Assembly: GCA_028282585.1 (NCBI GenBank)
Contig: JANQHR010000102.1
Coordinates: forward strand, 1-64,000
Origin: Bacteroidales bacterium
GTDB lineage: Bacteria; Bacteroidota; Bacteroidia; Bacteroidales; UBA12077
Direction: 5' to 3'
Length of the DNA: 64,000 bases
The notes beneath the pieces are model-generated. The model had not been told where the DNA came from, did no database searches, and saw only the letters and a list, made by a program, of their open reading frames with translations. The translations under genes were made by a program, and so were the position numbers. Of this stretch, positions 38,827 to 49,189 are shown one piece after another. How positions within the stretch are numbered: the stretch's first letter is position 1; the number at the start of each line of letters is the position of its first letter.

Positions 38827-41229
38827 ATGGCTAAAACAATAAAGACAAAAAAAAGACCTAATAAGAAAAAGAAAAAGTTATATGCTGATGAGCGTATTAA
38901 AATTATACTTGGTATAACAACTATTTTTATAGCAGCATTTTTGACTTTAGCCTTCATTTCATATTTTTTTACATGGAAAGTTGATCAGAGTTTCCAATTT
39001 TCAAAGGTAGTATCACCGGCTGAAGTATCTGTGGAAAATTGGTCCGGTAAAGCAGGAGCCCATTTTGCCAATCTATTTATAAATAAGTGGTTTGGAATTG
39101 CTTCATTTACTTTCCCCTTTCTATTTGTAGTTATAGGTTTTAGGTTTTTCAACTTAAAAATATATTCTATAAGAAAATCATTTAAAATAGCAATTATTGG
39201 AACGCTTATACTATCTGTAATATTTGGCTATTTATTTGGAAATTCAAATGGATATTTAGGTAGTGGTCTTGGTGGAGGACATGGTTATATTATTGCTCAA
39301 TGGTTGAATTCACTTCTTGGTAAAATAGGTACAGCATTTTTGTTGTTGGTTGTATTTATGGCTTTTATTATTTTATCATTTAAGAAATCCTACGATTGGA
39401 TTATAAAAATCTCCACAAAATTATTTAAAAGAGAGTATACCGAGTTTGATGACCATTATGAACCTAATAATGATGTTAAAAAGCAAGAAGAAGTTATTTT
39501 AGAAACACAAAAAGAAGAACCTGTAGATGATAATCTGGTTTTTACAACAAAAACTGTTGAAAAACCAACACAAGTAAAAATTGAACCTGAACAGCTAGTC
39601 GAAAAGAAACCTGATAGCACAGCAAGTGAAGAAGAAGAAGAAGGTATTGAACTCACAATTGAAGAAAAGCATAAGGAAGAAAAACTAAATGGTAAGTTTA
39701 AAAATTATCAGTTAGAAGATTATGATCCAACATTAGAGCTTTCACATTATGAACTTCCTCCTCTCGACCTACTTGAAGACCATGGGAAAGACACCAATGG
39801 TGAAATAGACAAAGATGAGATCATTGCAAATAAAAACAGAATTGTTGAAACTTTAGCAAATTATAAAATTCAAATTGATAAGATCAAAGCAACTGTTGGG
39901 CCAACAGTTACTCTTTATGAAATTATACCGGCACCAGGAGTTCGTATTTCCAAAATTAAAAACCTGGAGGATGATATTGCTCTTAGCTTAGCTGCATTAG
40001 GAATTAGGATAATTGCTCCGATACCAGGTCGGGGAACCATTGGTATTGAGGTACCAAACCAAAAGCCGGAAATAGTTTCCATGCGATCAATTTTAGAATC
40101 TAAAGTCTTTAGCGAATCTAAATATGAACTTGCTATTGGTTTAGGAAAAACTATTTCTAATGACACCTATGTAATTGATTTAGCCAAAATGCCCCATTTA
40201 TTAGTTGCAGGAGCTACAGGTCAGGGGAAATCGGTTGGTTTAAATGCAATCATTGCTTCATTACTTTATAAAAAACATCCAGCCCAATTAAAGTTTGTAA
40301 TGGTTGATCCTAAGAAAGTTGAATTAACTTTATATTCAAAAATCGAAAAACACTTTTTAGCTAAATTACCAGACTCTGACGAATCAATTATAACAGATAC
40401 ACAAAAAGTTGTTAATACCTTAAATTCGTTATGCGTTGAAATGGATCAAAGATATGATCTGCTAAAGGCTGCTCATGTTAGAAATATTAAGGAGTACAAT
40501 GCTAAATTTATTGAAAGAAAGTTAAATCCTGAAAAAGGACATAAGTACCTACCTTATATTATTGTGGTTGTTGATGAATTTGCTGATCTAATTATGACAG
40601 CCGGAAAAGAAATTGAAGGTCCTATTGCCAGATTAGCTCAATTAGCACGGGCAATTGGTATTCACTTAATTATAGCAACTCAACGTCCGTCTACAAACAT
40701 TATTACTGGTGTTATTAAAGCTAACTTCCCAGCCAGAATAGCATTTAGGGTTTCTTCCATGATCGATTCCAGAACAATTCTGGATAGCCCGGGAGCAAAC
40801 CAATTAATTGGACGTGGTGATATGCTGATTTCAACAGGAGATTTAGTGCGATTGCAATGTGCTTTTATTGATACTCCTGAACTTGATAGAATAACTGACT
40901 ACATTGGCAACCAGCAAAGTTACCCAACTGCCTTTATGCTTCCGGAATATGTTTCTGAGGGAGCTGAGGAGATAGGTGATGTAGATTTCTCGAAACGTGA
41001 TCCAATGTTCGAAGATGCAGCAAGATTAGTTGTAAGACACCAACAAGGATCGACTTCTTTAATCCAACGTAAATTTTCAATAGGATATAACCGAGCTGGA
41101 AGAATAATTGATCAGTTGGAAGCTGCTAATATTGTTGGTCCTTTTGAAGGAAGTAAGGCAAGACAGGTATTATTTCAGGACGAATATTCTTTGGAACAGT
41201 ATTTGAAAGACTTTCTCGACAATCCTTAA
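38827..41229 (+). CDS. ftsK: DNA translocase FtsK
   Basis: 4TM N-terminus, PHLLVAGATGQGKS, DPKKVE, DEFADL, ATQRPS, gamma domain GYNRAGRIID. Confidence 0.97.
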   Translation: MAKTIKTKKRPNKKKKKLYADERIKIILGITTIFIAAFLTLAFISYFFTWKVDQSFQFSKVVSPAEVSVENWSGKAGAHFANLFINKWFGIASFTFPFLFVVIGFRFFNLKIYSIRKSFKIAIIGTLILSVIFGYLFGNSNGYLGSGLGGGHGYIIAQWLNSLLGKIGTAFLLLVVFMAFIILSFKKSYDWIIKISTKLFKREYTEFDDHYEPNNDVKKQEEVILETQKEEPVDDNLVFTTKTVEKPTQVKIEPEQLVEKKPDSTASEEEEEGIELTIEEKHKEEKLNGKFKNYQLEDYDPTLELSHYELPPLDLLEDHGKDTNGEIDKDEIIANKNRIVETLANYKIQIDKIKATVGPTVTLYEIIPAPGVRISKIKNLEDDIALSLAALGIRIIAPIPGRGTIGIEVPNQKPEIVSMRSILESKVFSESKYELAIGLGKTISNDTYVIDLAKMPHLLVAGATGQGKSVGLNAIIASLLYKKHPAQLKFVMVDPKKVELTLYSKIEKHFLAKLPDSDESIITDTQKVVNTLNSLCVEMDQRYDLLKAAHVRNIKEYNAKFIERKLNPEKGHKYLPYIIVVVDEFADLIMTAGKEIEGPIARLAQLARAIGIHLIIATQRPSTNIITGVIKANFPARIAFRVSSMIDSRTILDSPGANQLIGRGDMLISTGDLVRLQCAFIDTPELDRITDYIGNQQSYPTAFMLPEYVSEGAEEIGDVDFSKRDPMFEDAARLVVRHQQGSTSLIQRKFSIGYNRAGRIIDQLEAANIVGPFEGSKARQVLFQDEYSLEQYLKDFLDNP

Positions 41230-41239
41230 TTCTGATATT

Positions 41240-41890
41240 ATGAAAAAATATATTTTAACTTTTATACTAATTCTGGGAATTATATCTGTATTTGGTCAAG
41301 AAGATATTAAGGCAAAAAAAATACTTGATAAACTTTCTTCAAAAACTAAATCTTACAAAACTATAAGTGCTGATTTTAAGGTAACATTCGAGAATTTAAA
41401 GGATAACATTAGTAATTCATCAAAGGGGAGCATAGTTATCAAAGGCAACAAATATCGGCTTAATTTCATGAATACAGAAGCTTTTTTTGATGGAAAAACA
41501 TTATGGAGTTATTTACCTGAGGTAAATGAAGTTAATATTACAGAACCAGAACCTGATGATGAAGATATATTCAATAATCCTAAAAGACTATTTACAATAT
41601 ATGAAAACGATTACAAGTATCAGTTGATTAATCATATCAACGAAAACAAAATAAATTATTCGCTTATTGATTTATACCCAGTTAATTTGGACGAAGATTA
41701 TTCAAGAATAAGATTGCAAATAAATATGGATGATTATTTTTTAAGTTCTGCAACCATATTTGGAAAGGATGGATCACATTATACGATCTCTATTGAAAAC
41801 TTTGAAACAAATAAAGGTTTTGATGACCCGTATTTTGTATTTAATAAAAAGGATTATCCTAAAGTTGAAGTTATTGATATGCGATTTTAG
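41240..41890 (+). CDS. lolA: Outer-membrane lipoprotein carrier LolA
   Basis: Signal peptide, KGNKYRL, FDGKTLWSY, NEVNI; downstream of ftsK. Confidence 0.88.
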   Translation: MKKYILTFILILGIISVFGQEDIKAKKILDKLSSKTKSYKTISADFKVTFENLKDNISNSSKGSIVIKGNKYRLNFMNTEAFFDGKTLWSYLPEVNEVNITEPEPDDEDIFNNPKRLFTIYENDYKYQLINHINENKINYSLIDLYPVNLDEDYSRIRLQINMDDYFLSSATIFGKDGSHYTISIENFETNKGFDDPYFVFNKKDYPKVEVIDMRF

Positions 41891-41912
41891 CAAAGAATTC
41901 CTTCCATACATT

Positions 41913-41939
41913 AAAAACAGCTAATAACGGCTGTTTTTT
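41913..41939. terminator. Bidirectional intrinsic terminator
   Basis: AAAAACAGCT...GGCTGTTTTT. Confidence 0.75.
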
Positions 41940-41948
41940 GCCAATATT

Positions 41949-44060
41949 TCAATTCTTACCTTTTTCTGGATATTCTATCCTGGCATGATAAATATTCATT
42001 AATTTATCCTTAAATAAATTCTTTATCTCAGTAACATCTTTAAAATTAATATCGACATGATCGAATTGTCCCTCTTTCATTTGATTGTCAATTATATTTT
42101 CTACCAAATTACTTATTCTTTCCTCATTAATATCGCTTAAACTCCTAGATGCGGCTTCAACAGAATCTGCCATCATTAAAACTGCCATTTCCTTTGAATA
42201 TGGCTTCGGACCAGGATAGGTAAACATATTTACATCCACGTCTTTATCAGGGAATTTTTTAATATAAGACCTATAAAAATATTGAACCTTTGTAGTACCA
42301 TGATGCGTACGAATAAATTCAATCAATGGGTCAGGTAAGCTATTTTTCTTGGCTAACTCTATTCCATCTTTTACATGGCTAATAATAATATTTGCACTCT
42401 CATCAAATTCATGCATATCGTGCGGATTAAACCCCGATCTCTGATTTTCAATAAAATAAATAGGGTTATTCATTTTACCTATATCATGATACAAAGCGCC
42501 GGTACGGACTAATAATGGATTACCGCCAATTTTATGTATAGCCTCTTCGGCTAAATTTGCAACTTGCATTGAATGTTGAAAAGTGCCAGGTGCTTTTTCG
42601 GCAAGAGCTCTTAATAACTTCTGGTTAGTATCAGAAAGTTCCATCAGTGTTAAGTCAGAAACAAATCCAAAAGTTTTTTCGAAAATGTAAATTATTGGAT
42701 ATGATAATAAAATTAAACCGCTATTAAAAGCAAAAAATTTAAAATTGGCATAATTAAGGTTATTTAAAGTACCATCCTGTGTAATAGATAACCCAAAATA
42801 TATTATACTATAAGTAATAAACACTAAAATTGAAGAAACAAATAGCCCTCCTCTTCTATAATAATTTGTAGTACTAAAAATTGCAATAATTCCTGCTATA
42901 ATATTTAGAAAAACAAATTCAAACCCATTTGGAGCAAAGAAACCAACTATTAGCACAGTTATAATATGAATAAATAAAGCTAATCTTGAATCGTAAAAAG
43001 TTCTAATAATTATTGGAATAATGGCAAAAGGAATAACATAAAGTATATTTTCGGTAAAACTGGATACAATAACGAAGATAACTACAATTAAAAGTATGAA
43101 TACCGTTTTAAAACTATGCTGTAAAATTTCTCGCCTGAAATTCCATAAAAACAAATACAACACTAAAAAACAAGCAGTTATAAATATTATTTGACCCAAC
43201 AACAACCTTCTTGAATTATTAAACGTTTCCAGTTTTGATTTTGATTCGTAACTGAAAGATTCTAATATATTATAGATTTCATTTGTTATAATATCACCTT
43301 CTGATATAATTTTTTCCCCGGATTGAACCATTCCTTTGGTTATAGATATACCACTTATCAATTCGTTCCATTCATAATCTGATTTTTTTTGATCATAAAA
43401 AATATTAGATTCTATATAATCATAAGGATTAAGCGTTTTAATAAAATCTTTATTATTATTGTCCCATAATTGTTCAATATATTTGTTTACTGTATCGACA
43501 ATGAATTCATATGCCTTTTTCTGCGAATTTAAATCATTAATACTAACCTGTTCTGCAATATTATTTCTTAGAAGAATTATTACATCACTATTTTCCAAAC
43601 CTTTTACGTTTTCAATCGATTCAATTATACCGAGACTATATAAATTTTTTAAAATTGACAGGAAATTATTTTTAATTGTAGCATTGTTATTTATAAAAGC
43701 CTTTTCATTGAAATATTTTCCTTCCTCCTTAATTTTCGTTATAAACTCAGTTTCCTTATCATTAAAATGCTGATTAAACTTAGAAATATTAACAGACTCT
43801 ATACTATCCTCATAATTAAAGTATGGTCTAAACTGATTTAATATGCTGTCTTTCTCTTGCTTTAATTGATCTTCACTCTTATAAATAGGAAAATTATAAG
43901 GAGCTAATAAAGTATTATAAGACCAGGGGCTCCCAACTTTATATTCATATCTGAATTTTCCAGGCAGAAAGTAATTAACTAACGCAATTGATAACACAAA
44001 TAAAACTCCCCTAAAAATATGCTTGTAATTTTTCTTTATATAATCTAAAAACCTTTTCAT
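41949..44060 (-). CDS. 7TM-HD (HDIG) phosphohydrolase, PgpH-like
   Basis: Extracellular 7TMR-HDED region, about 7 TMs, APGTFQHS, YHDIGK, HHGT, MADSVEAASR, RIEYP. Confidence 0.92.
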   Translation of the reverse strand: MKRFLDYIKKNYKHIFRGVLFVLSIALVNYFLPGKFRYEYKVGSPWSYNTLLAPYNFPIYKSEDQLKQEKDSILNQFRPYFNYEDSIESVNISKFNQHFNDKETEFITKIKEEGKYFNEKAFINNNATIKNNFLSILKNLYSLGIIESIENVKGLENSDVIILLRNNIAEQVSINDLNSQKKAYEFIVDTVNKYIEQLWDNNNKDFIKTLNPYDYIESNIFYDQKKSDYEWNELISGISITKGMVQSGEKIISEGDIITNEIYNILESFSYESKSKLETFNNSRRLLLGQIIFITACFLVLYLFLWNFRREILQHSFKTVFILLIVVIFVIVSSFTENILYVIPFAIIPIIIRTFYDSRLALFIHIITVLIVGFFAPNGFEFVFLNIIAGIIAIFSTTNYYRRGGLFVSSILVFITYSIIYFGLSITQDGTLNNLNYANFKFFAFNSGLILLSYPIIYIFEKTFGFVSDLTLMELSDTNQKLLRALAEKAPGTFQHSMQVANLAEEAIHKIGGNPLLVRTGALYHDIGKMNNPIYFIENQRSGFNPHDMHEFDESANIIISHVKDGIELAKKNSLPDPLIEFIRTHHGTTKVQYFYRSYIKKFPDKDVDVNMFTYPGPKPYSKEMAVLMMADSVEAASRSLSDINEERISNLVENIIDNQMKEGQFDHVDINFKDVTEIKNLFKDKLMNIYHARIEYPEKGKN

Positions 44061-44220
44061 ATTGGTATTTAATTGATATTATTACAAATGTATAAATTTT
44101 CAATTACATTTTATTTTGTTCTATAATGCTAAAAAACTGTATTTGTTCAATTTAATTTTATATAAACCTTTAAAACTTACACAAGTAATTTGTATTTTTA
44201 AACTTATAAATTATGTTTAT

Positions 44221-44991
44221 ATGACTAAGTATGGTATATGCGAAACTAGTTTGATTCCTATTCGTAAGGAGCCCAATGATCGCAGTGAGATGGTTTCCCA
44301 ATTATTATTTGGTGAGACCTTTAAAGTTTTGGAGGAGACTGTTAAATGGACATACATAAAACTTAATCTGGATAATTATACTGGATGGGTTGATAATAAA
44401 GAGGTAAGATTAATTTTAGAAGAAGATTTAGAAAGGTTTCAGAATACTCCTTACGTAATTACCAATAAAATATCCACCAAAGTTAGAAATTCCGCAGATG
44501 AATTATTGATTCTACCTCCTGGTTGTACATTATTTAACTTTAACGAAGATGATAATAGTTTCTTTATTGGTAGAAATCATTATAAGTTAGTTGAAAAGTA
44601 TACTGAAATAACAGAAATCAATAAATTAGCAAAACAATTTATTAATGCACCCTATCTTTGGGGCGGAAAGAATCCATTTGGGTATGATTGTTCAGGTTTT
44701 GTTCAGGTGATTTATAGAATTTTAGGAGAAGATTTACCACGTGACGCAGGTCAGCAAGTAAATACTGGTAATAATATTGATTTTATTTCAGATGCTAAAC
44801 CAGGTGATTTAGCCTTTTTCGATGATGAAGAAGGAAATATAATTCATGTAGGAATTATACTTAAAAGTAGAGATATTATTCATTCTTCAGGAAAGGTAAG
44901 GATAGATAAATTAGATCAACAAGGAATATATAACATTGATTTAAAAAAATATACTCACAAATTACGGGTTATTAAACGAGTTTTAAACTAA
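44221..44991 (+). CDS. SH3 + NlpC/P60 (C40) peptidase, YkfC-like
   Basis: Probable start MTKYGIC (44221); EMVSQLLFGE, PYLWGGK, DCSGF, PRDA, HVGI, IIHS. Confidence 0.92.
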   Translation: MTKYGICETSLIPIRKEPNDRSEMVSQLLFGETFKVLEETVKWTYIKLNLDNYTGWVDNKEVRLILEEDLERFQNTPYVITNKISTKVRNSADELLILPPGCTLFNFNEDDNSFFIGRNHYKLVEKYTEITEINKLAKQFINAPYLWGGKNPFGYDCSGFVQVIYRILGEDLPRDAGQQVNTGNNIDFISDAKPGDLAFFDDEEGNIIHVGIILKSRDIIHSSGKVRIDKLDQQGIYNIDLKKYTHKLRVIKRVLN

Positions 44992-44997
44992 ATTAAT

Positions 44998-45123
44998 ATG
45001 GGTAAGTTTTATATATTGGTCTTTATTTTATCTGTTCTTTTTGTAATATATATTGTTAATAAAAGAATACAACAAAAAGAAAAGGAAAAACATATGAACC
45101 ATGATAATAAGGATAAAAAATGA
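44998..45123 (+). CDS. Small single-TM protein (41 aa, not in ORF track)
   Basis: MGKFYILVFILSVLFVIYIVNKRIQQKEKEKHMNHDNKDKK; fills the gap, starts 7 bp after the upstream stop and has an ATGA overlap with the NUDIX gene. Confidence 0.6.
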   Translation: MGKFYILVFILSVLFVIYIVNKRIQQKEKEKHMNHDNKDKK

Positions 45124-45560
45124 TTTATACTTATGCTTACCCGCGTCCTTCAGTTACAGTTGATATAATTATACTAAAAAATATTGTATCCAAACCTCAA
45201 TTACTTTTAATAGAACGAAAACATGAACCATTTAAAAATAAATGGGCATTACCGGGCGGATTCGTTGATATTGATGAAGAAATTGAAGATGCTGCATACC
45301 GTGAACTAAAAGAAGAAACTTTTATAACAGAAATTAATTTAGTACAGTTTAGAACTTTTGGGAAAATTGGCAGAGATCCTCGCGGAAGAACAATATCTAT
45401 AGTTTACAGCGGTATACTAAAGAATTCAACTCAAGAAATTAAAGCTGGTGATGATGCAAAAGATTTAAATTGGTTTTGTATTGAAGATTTACCTGAGCTA
45501 GCTTTTGATCACAAAGAAATAGTTGAATTATTTTTATCTAAAAATAAAGAGCTCCGTTAA
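45120..45560 (+). CDS. NUDIX hydrolase (ADP-ribose pyrophosphatase/NrtR-like, no HTH)
   Basis: VTVDII, WALPGGFV..DE....AAYRELKEET, RDPRGRTIS, LAFDH. Confidence 0.92.
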   Translation: MIYTYAYPRPSVTVDIIILKNIVSKPQLLLIERKHEPFKNKWALPGGFVDIDEEIEDAAYRELKEETFITEINLVQFRTFGKIGRDPRGRTISIVYSGILKNSTQEIKAGDDAKDLNWFCIEDLPELAFDHKEIVELFLSKNKELR

Positions 45561-45571
45561 AAAGAGCTCTT
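45547..45571. terminator. Probable terminator between NUDIX and cysN
   Basis: AAGAGCTC-N9-GAGCTCTT. Confidence 0.55.
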
Positions 45572-45596
45572 ATTAAATGTGGTTTATAAGTGTATA

Positions 45597-46871
45597 TTAA
45601 ATGATCATTCCTGCTGCTACCGTATTATTTGTAGCTTCATCTATTAAAATTAAACTACCCATTTTTCTGTTTTTTCGATATGAATCAAAAAATAATGGTC
45701 TAGTTGTTTTAATTTGAATCTTAGCAATATCATTTAAACCTATTTTCTTGTCCTCAGTATTATGATCTAATGTGTTAACATCTATCTTATATTTAACATC
45801 CCTAATAACACATCTCAAATCATTTGTAGTATGTTTAACCGAATACTTTCCGCCTAAAACCATTGGGGTTTCACTGAACCAGCAAATCATCATTTCAATA
45901 TCCTGACTTGATTTTGGCAAACCATTATCTTTAATAATTAAATTACCACGACTGATATCGATATCATCTTCTAAAGACAAAGTCACTGATTGAGGTGCAA
46001 ACGCTTCTTCTACTTCCTCTTGAAATACATCAATAGTTTTAATTTTTGAGACTAATCCAGAAGGTAAAATCTTAACCTGGTCACCCTTGTGAAAAACACC
46101 ACCTTCAATTCTTCCTGCATATCCTCTGTAATCATGATATTCTTCTTTCATGGGTCGAACGACGTATTGAACCGGAAATCTTGTATCAACGTGATTTATA
46201 TCGCTTGCTATATGAATATTCTCCAGTAAATACAATAATGTTGGCCCTTCATACCAGCTCATATTTTCAGATCTATCAACAACATTATCTCCTAACTTAG
46301 CACTAATAGGTACGAATCTAATATCATGAACATCTAATTTAGTTGCAATTTTATCAAAATCATCCTTAATACTTTCAAAAGCCTCTTCTTTAAAGTCAAC
46401 AAGATCCATTTTGTTTATACAAACAATCATATGTGGTATTTGAAGCAAAGAAGCAATAAAAGCGTGTCTTAATGTTTGTTCTATAACGCCATTTCGTGCA
46501 TCAATTAGTATAAGTGCAACATTAGCAGTTGAAGCTCCTGTTACCATATTTCTGGTATACTGAACATGCCCAGGTGTATCTGCTATTATAAATTTTCTTT
46601 TAGGAGTTGCAAAATACCTGTAAGCAACATCGATTGTAATACCCTGTTCTCTTTCTGCGCGTAATCCATCCGTTAATAATGCCAAATTTACTTCACCATC
46701 ACCAGTTTTTTGGCTTGCCTTTTCTATTGACTCCATTTGGTCTTCGAAAATAGCTTTACTATCGTATAATAACCTACCAATTAAAGTACTTTTTCCGTCA
46801 TCAACACTACCAGCTGTAGTGAAACGTAAAAGTTCCATATCTAAATATCCTTTTGTAATATCTTCTGACAT
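45597..46871 (-). CDS. cysN: Sulfate adenylyltransferase subunit 1
   Basis: TAGSVDDGKSTLIGRLL, EREQGITIDVAYRYF, DTPGH, NKMD. Confidence 0.97.
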   Translation of the reverse strand: MSEDITKGYLDMELLRFTTAGSVDDGKSTLIGRLLYDSKAIFEDQMESIEKASQKTGDGEVNLALLTDGLRAEREQGITIDVAYRYFATPKRKFIIADTPGHVQYTRNMVTGASTANVALILIDARNGVIEQTLRHAFIASLLQIPHMIVCINKMDLVDFKEEAFESIKDDFDKIATKLDVHDIRFVPISAKLGDNVVDRSENMSWYEGPTLLYLLENIHIASDINHVDTRFPVQYVVRPMKEEYHDYRGYAGRIEGGVFHKGDQVKILPSGLVSKIKTIDVFQEEVEEAFAPQSVTLSLEDDIDISRGNLIIKDNGLPKSSQDIEMMICWFSETPMVLGGKYSVKHTTNDLRCVIRDVKYKIDVNTLDHNTEDKKIGLNDIAKIQIKTTRPLFFDSYRKNRKMGSLILIDEATNNTVAAGMII

Positions 46872-46895
46872 AATATATTGTTTCTATAGGTTCTA

Positions 46896-47804
46896 TTAAA
46901 AATACCCTTCTTTCTTTCTGTCTTCCATCGCAGCCTCTGACCTTTTATCATCATGACGACCACCTCGCTCTGTTATTCTTGTAGCAGCAACTTCCTCAAT
47001 AATCTCTTCTAGCGTATTTGCTTTAGATTCTACCGCTCCGGTGCAAGTCATGTCTCCAATTGTTCTGAAACGTATAATTCTTTTTTCTGGTATCTCATCA
47101 TCTTTTAAAGTAACGTATTCACCTGCAGCTAAAATAGTACCATCACGATCAATTACCTCTCTTTCATGCGAAAAATATAAACTTGGTATCGGGATATTTT
47201 CTAAAAGAATATATTGCCAGACATCCATTTCTGTCCAATTACTGATTGGGAAAACTCTAAAATGCTCCCCCATATGTTTTTTACCATTAAAAATATTCCA
47301 TAGCTCAGGGCGCTGATTCTTTGGATCCCACTGCCCAAACTCATCTCTATGTGAAAAGAATCTTTCTTTTGCGCGAGCTTTTTCTTCGTCTCTTCTACCA
47401 CCTCCCATTGCACAATCAAATTTCAATTCTTCAATCCCATCAAGCAATGTAGTCGTTTGTAACTTGTTCCTACTTGCATTTACACCTGTTTCATCAACAA
47501 CTTTTCCTTGATCAATTGAATCCTGTACGTACCGAACAATTAATTTTGTTTCGGTATCCTTCATTAATTTGTCTCTGTAATCTAAGGTTTCCTGAAAATT
47601 ATGTCCAGTATCAATGTGCATTAATGGAAATGGTATTCTAGCAGGCCAAAACGCTTTTCTTGCCAAATGAAACATTACAATTGAATCCTTTCCGCCTGAA
47701 AAAAGCATGCATGGATTTTCGAACTGAGCAACAACTTCTCTAATTACAAAAATCGATTCTGCCTCTAATTCTCTTAAATGATTTATTCTGTATTTATTAT
47801 CCAT
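46896..47804 (-). CDS. cysD: Sulfate adenylyltransferase subunit 2
   Basis: LFSGGKDS, HIDTGHNF, RRDEEKARAKER, MEDRKKEGYF. Confidence 0.97.
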   Translation of the reverse strand: MDNKYRINHLRELEAESIFVIREVVAQFENPCMLFSGGKDSIVMFHLARKAFWPARIPFPLMHIDTGHNFQETLDYRDKLMKDTETKLIVRYVQDSIDQGKVVDETGVNASRNKLQTTTLLDGIEELKFDCAMGGGRRDEEKARAKERFFSHRDEFGQWDPKNQRPELWNIFNGKKHMGEHFRVFPISNWTEMDVWQYILLENIPIPSLYFSHEREVIDRDGTILAAGEYVTLKDDEIPEKRIIRFRTIGDMTCTGAVESKANTLEEIIEEVAATRITERGGRHDDKRSEAAMEDRKKEGYF

Positions 47805-47837
47805 TCTATTCGTAATTTACTATAAGAGACTGCAAAA

Positions 47838-48449
47838 TTAAAAATTTTTATATTCTATCCTAGGTAAAAGTTTAAGTAATATTTGTTGAACGGATTCTTC
47901 GATAGAAGTATCAATAGTTTTGATTTCAACCGCAGGATTTTTAGGTTCTTCATAAGGCGAGTCTATACCAGTAAAGTTTTTTATTACACCTGCTCTTGCT
48001 TTAGCATATAGTCCTTTTATATCTCTCTGCTCACAAACTTCTAAAGGAGTATTAACATATATTTCAAAAAAATCTTTTTCACCTACTATTTCTTTAGCTT
48101 GATTTCTAATCTCCTCGGTTGGAGAAATAAAGCAATTAATTAAAATAACTCCCCCTATCATAAAAAGTTTAGAAACTTCAGCTATTCTGCGAATATTTTC
48201 TTTCCGTTCTTCTTCAGAAAAACCTAAGTTATTATTTATACCTGTCCTTACATTATCTCCATCCAATAATTTTGTTAGATAACCTCTGCTATGAAGTTCC
48301 AACTCAAGTCCCTTTGCAATGGTAGTTTTTCCAGAACCTGATAAACCCGTAATCCAAATTACAATTGACCTTTGCTTTAGTAAACTTTCTTTATCCTCTC
48401 TTTTAAGGATTTTATCAAATGAAGGGTGGATATCACTATTTACTTTCAT
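47838..48449 (-). CDS. cysC: Adenylyl-sulfate kinase
   Basis: WITGLSGSGKTT, LDGDNVR, RDIKGLY, FTGIDSPYE; -7 box TATATTTG at 48467-74. Confidence 0.97.
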   Translation of the reverse strand: MKVNSDIHPSFDKILKREDKESLLKQRSIVIWITGLSGSGKTTIAKGLELELHSRGYLTKLLDGDNVRTGINNNLGFSEEERKENIRRIAEVSKLFMIGGVILINCFISPTEEIRNQAKEIVGEKDFFEIYVNTPLEVCEQRDIKGLYAKARAGVIKNFTGIDSPYEEPKNPAVEIKTIDTSIEESVQQILLKLLPRIEYKNF

Positions 48450-48491
48450 AATTTTTATATTATGTGCAAATATAAAAAAAGAAGCTAATAA

Positions 48492-48598
48492 AGCTGTCTC
48501 AAAAGTATTTTTATCTCATTGAGAGTTGAATATTTAAAAACTGCCTTGAATATAGGAACTATGAATAAAAAAGGCTTGTTTCAATCTTTTGGACAGTT
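48492..48598. repeat. Imperfect inverted repeat, MITE/IS-end-like
   Basis: AGCTGTCTCAAAAG ... CTTTTGGACAGTT; a similar end CTTTTTGGACATCCCC occurs at 112-127. Confidence 0.4.
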
Positions 48599-48680
48599 CT
48601 TATGTTTGTAAGGCATAAGTTTCAGGTCTCAAGTTAAAAATTTAACCTGAAACCTTTTGAGCCTATAAAATTTGAAACTT

Positions 48681-48925
48681 GTGCAAAAACAAATTAACAA
48701 ATTAGATTTTATTGGGCAAAATATCTATGCAGGAATTGATACTCATAAAAAAACATTGGCCAATCACTGTTATTGTTGAAGATGTTATCTATCGGACTTT
48801 TTGCCAACCATCAAGTGCAGTTGTACTTTTTGGTTATTAAAAAAGAATTTTCCAGTAGCAAATTATCATTATGCTTATGAAGCTGGTTTTTGGATAAAAA
48901 ATGGTCTGAATGGAAATGGTATAAA
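48681..48925 (+). pseudogene. IS110-family transposase remnant (N-terminal RuvC-like DEDD part, two frameshifts)
   Basis: Hand translation VQKQINKLDFIGQNIYAGIDTHKK / HWPITVIVEDVIYRTFCQPSSAVVLFGY / LKKNFPVANYHYAYEAGFWIKNGLNGNGIK; GID.HK and YEAG are IS110 motifs. Confidence 0.85.
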
Positions 48926-49130
48926 GTATATGCAAATAAAGGAAGAGAATATGGTTTACAATTGGGAAGTTTTACAAAATACAATCGTCTACTAAAAAGT
49001 TATATTTGACAAAAGAATTTATATTCAATAAAAATAAGAGGTGAAAGACTTTGTCCTATCTTTTGACATAATAAAAATACTAAACATCTAAATGTCTGTA
49101 AATATAGAAACTAGATTAAAGAAATAAACA

Positions 49131-49172
49131 AAAAAGAGGCTTCTTTTGCTTTACAACATAGAAGCCCCTTTG
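49131..49172 (-). terminator. Terminator downstream of susD
   Basis: AAAGAGGCTTCT...AGAAGCCCCTTT with A tract (U tract on minus strand). Confidence 0.7.
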
Positions 49173-49189
49173 TAAATCTATTTATTTAT

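Noticed and set aside
25653-44060. YbbR/CdaR plus PgpH-like HD protein as a novel c-di-AMP system
   Set aside because: Unlinked (15 kb apart), both common Bacteroidota genes, and no diadenylate cyclase in the window
44116-44220. ORF-track N-terminal extension of the NlpC/P60 gene
   Set aside because: AT-rich promoter-like DNA; recognisable protein begins at ATG 44221
48801-48995. 64-aa ORF as a real gene
   Set aside because: It is one frame of the frameshifted IS110 remnant
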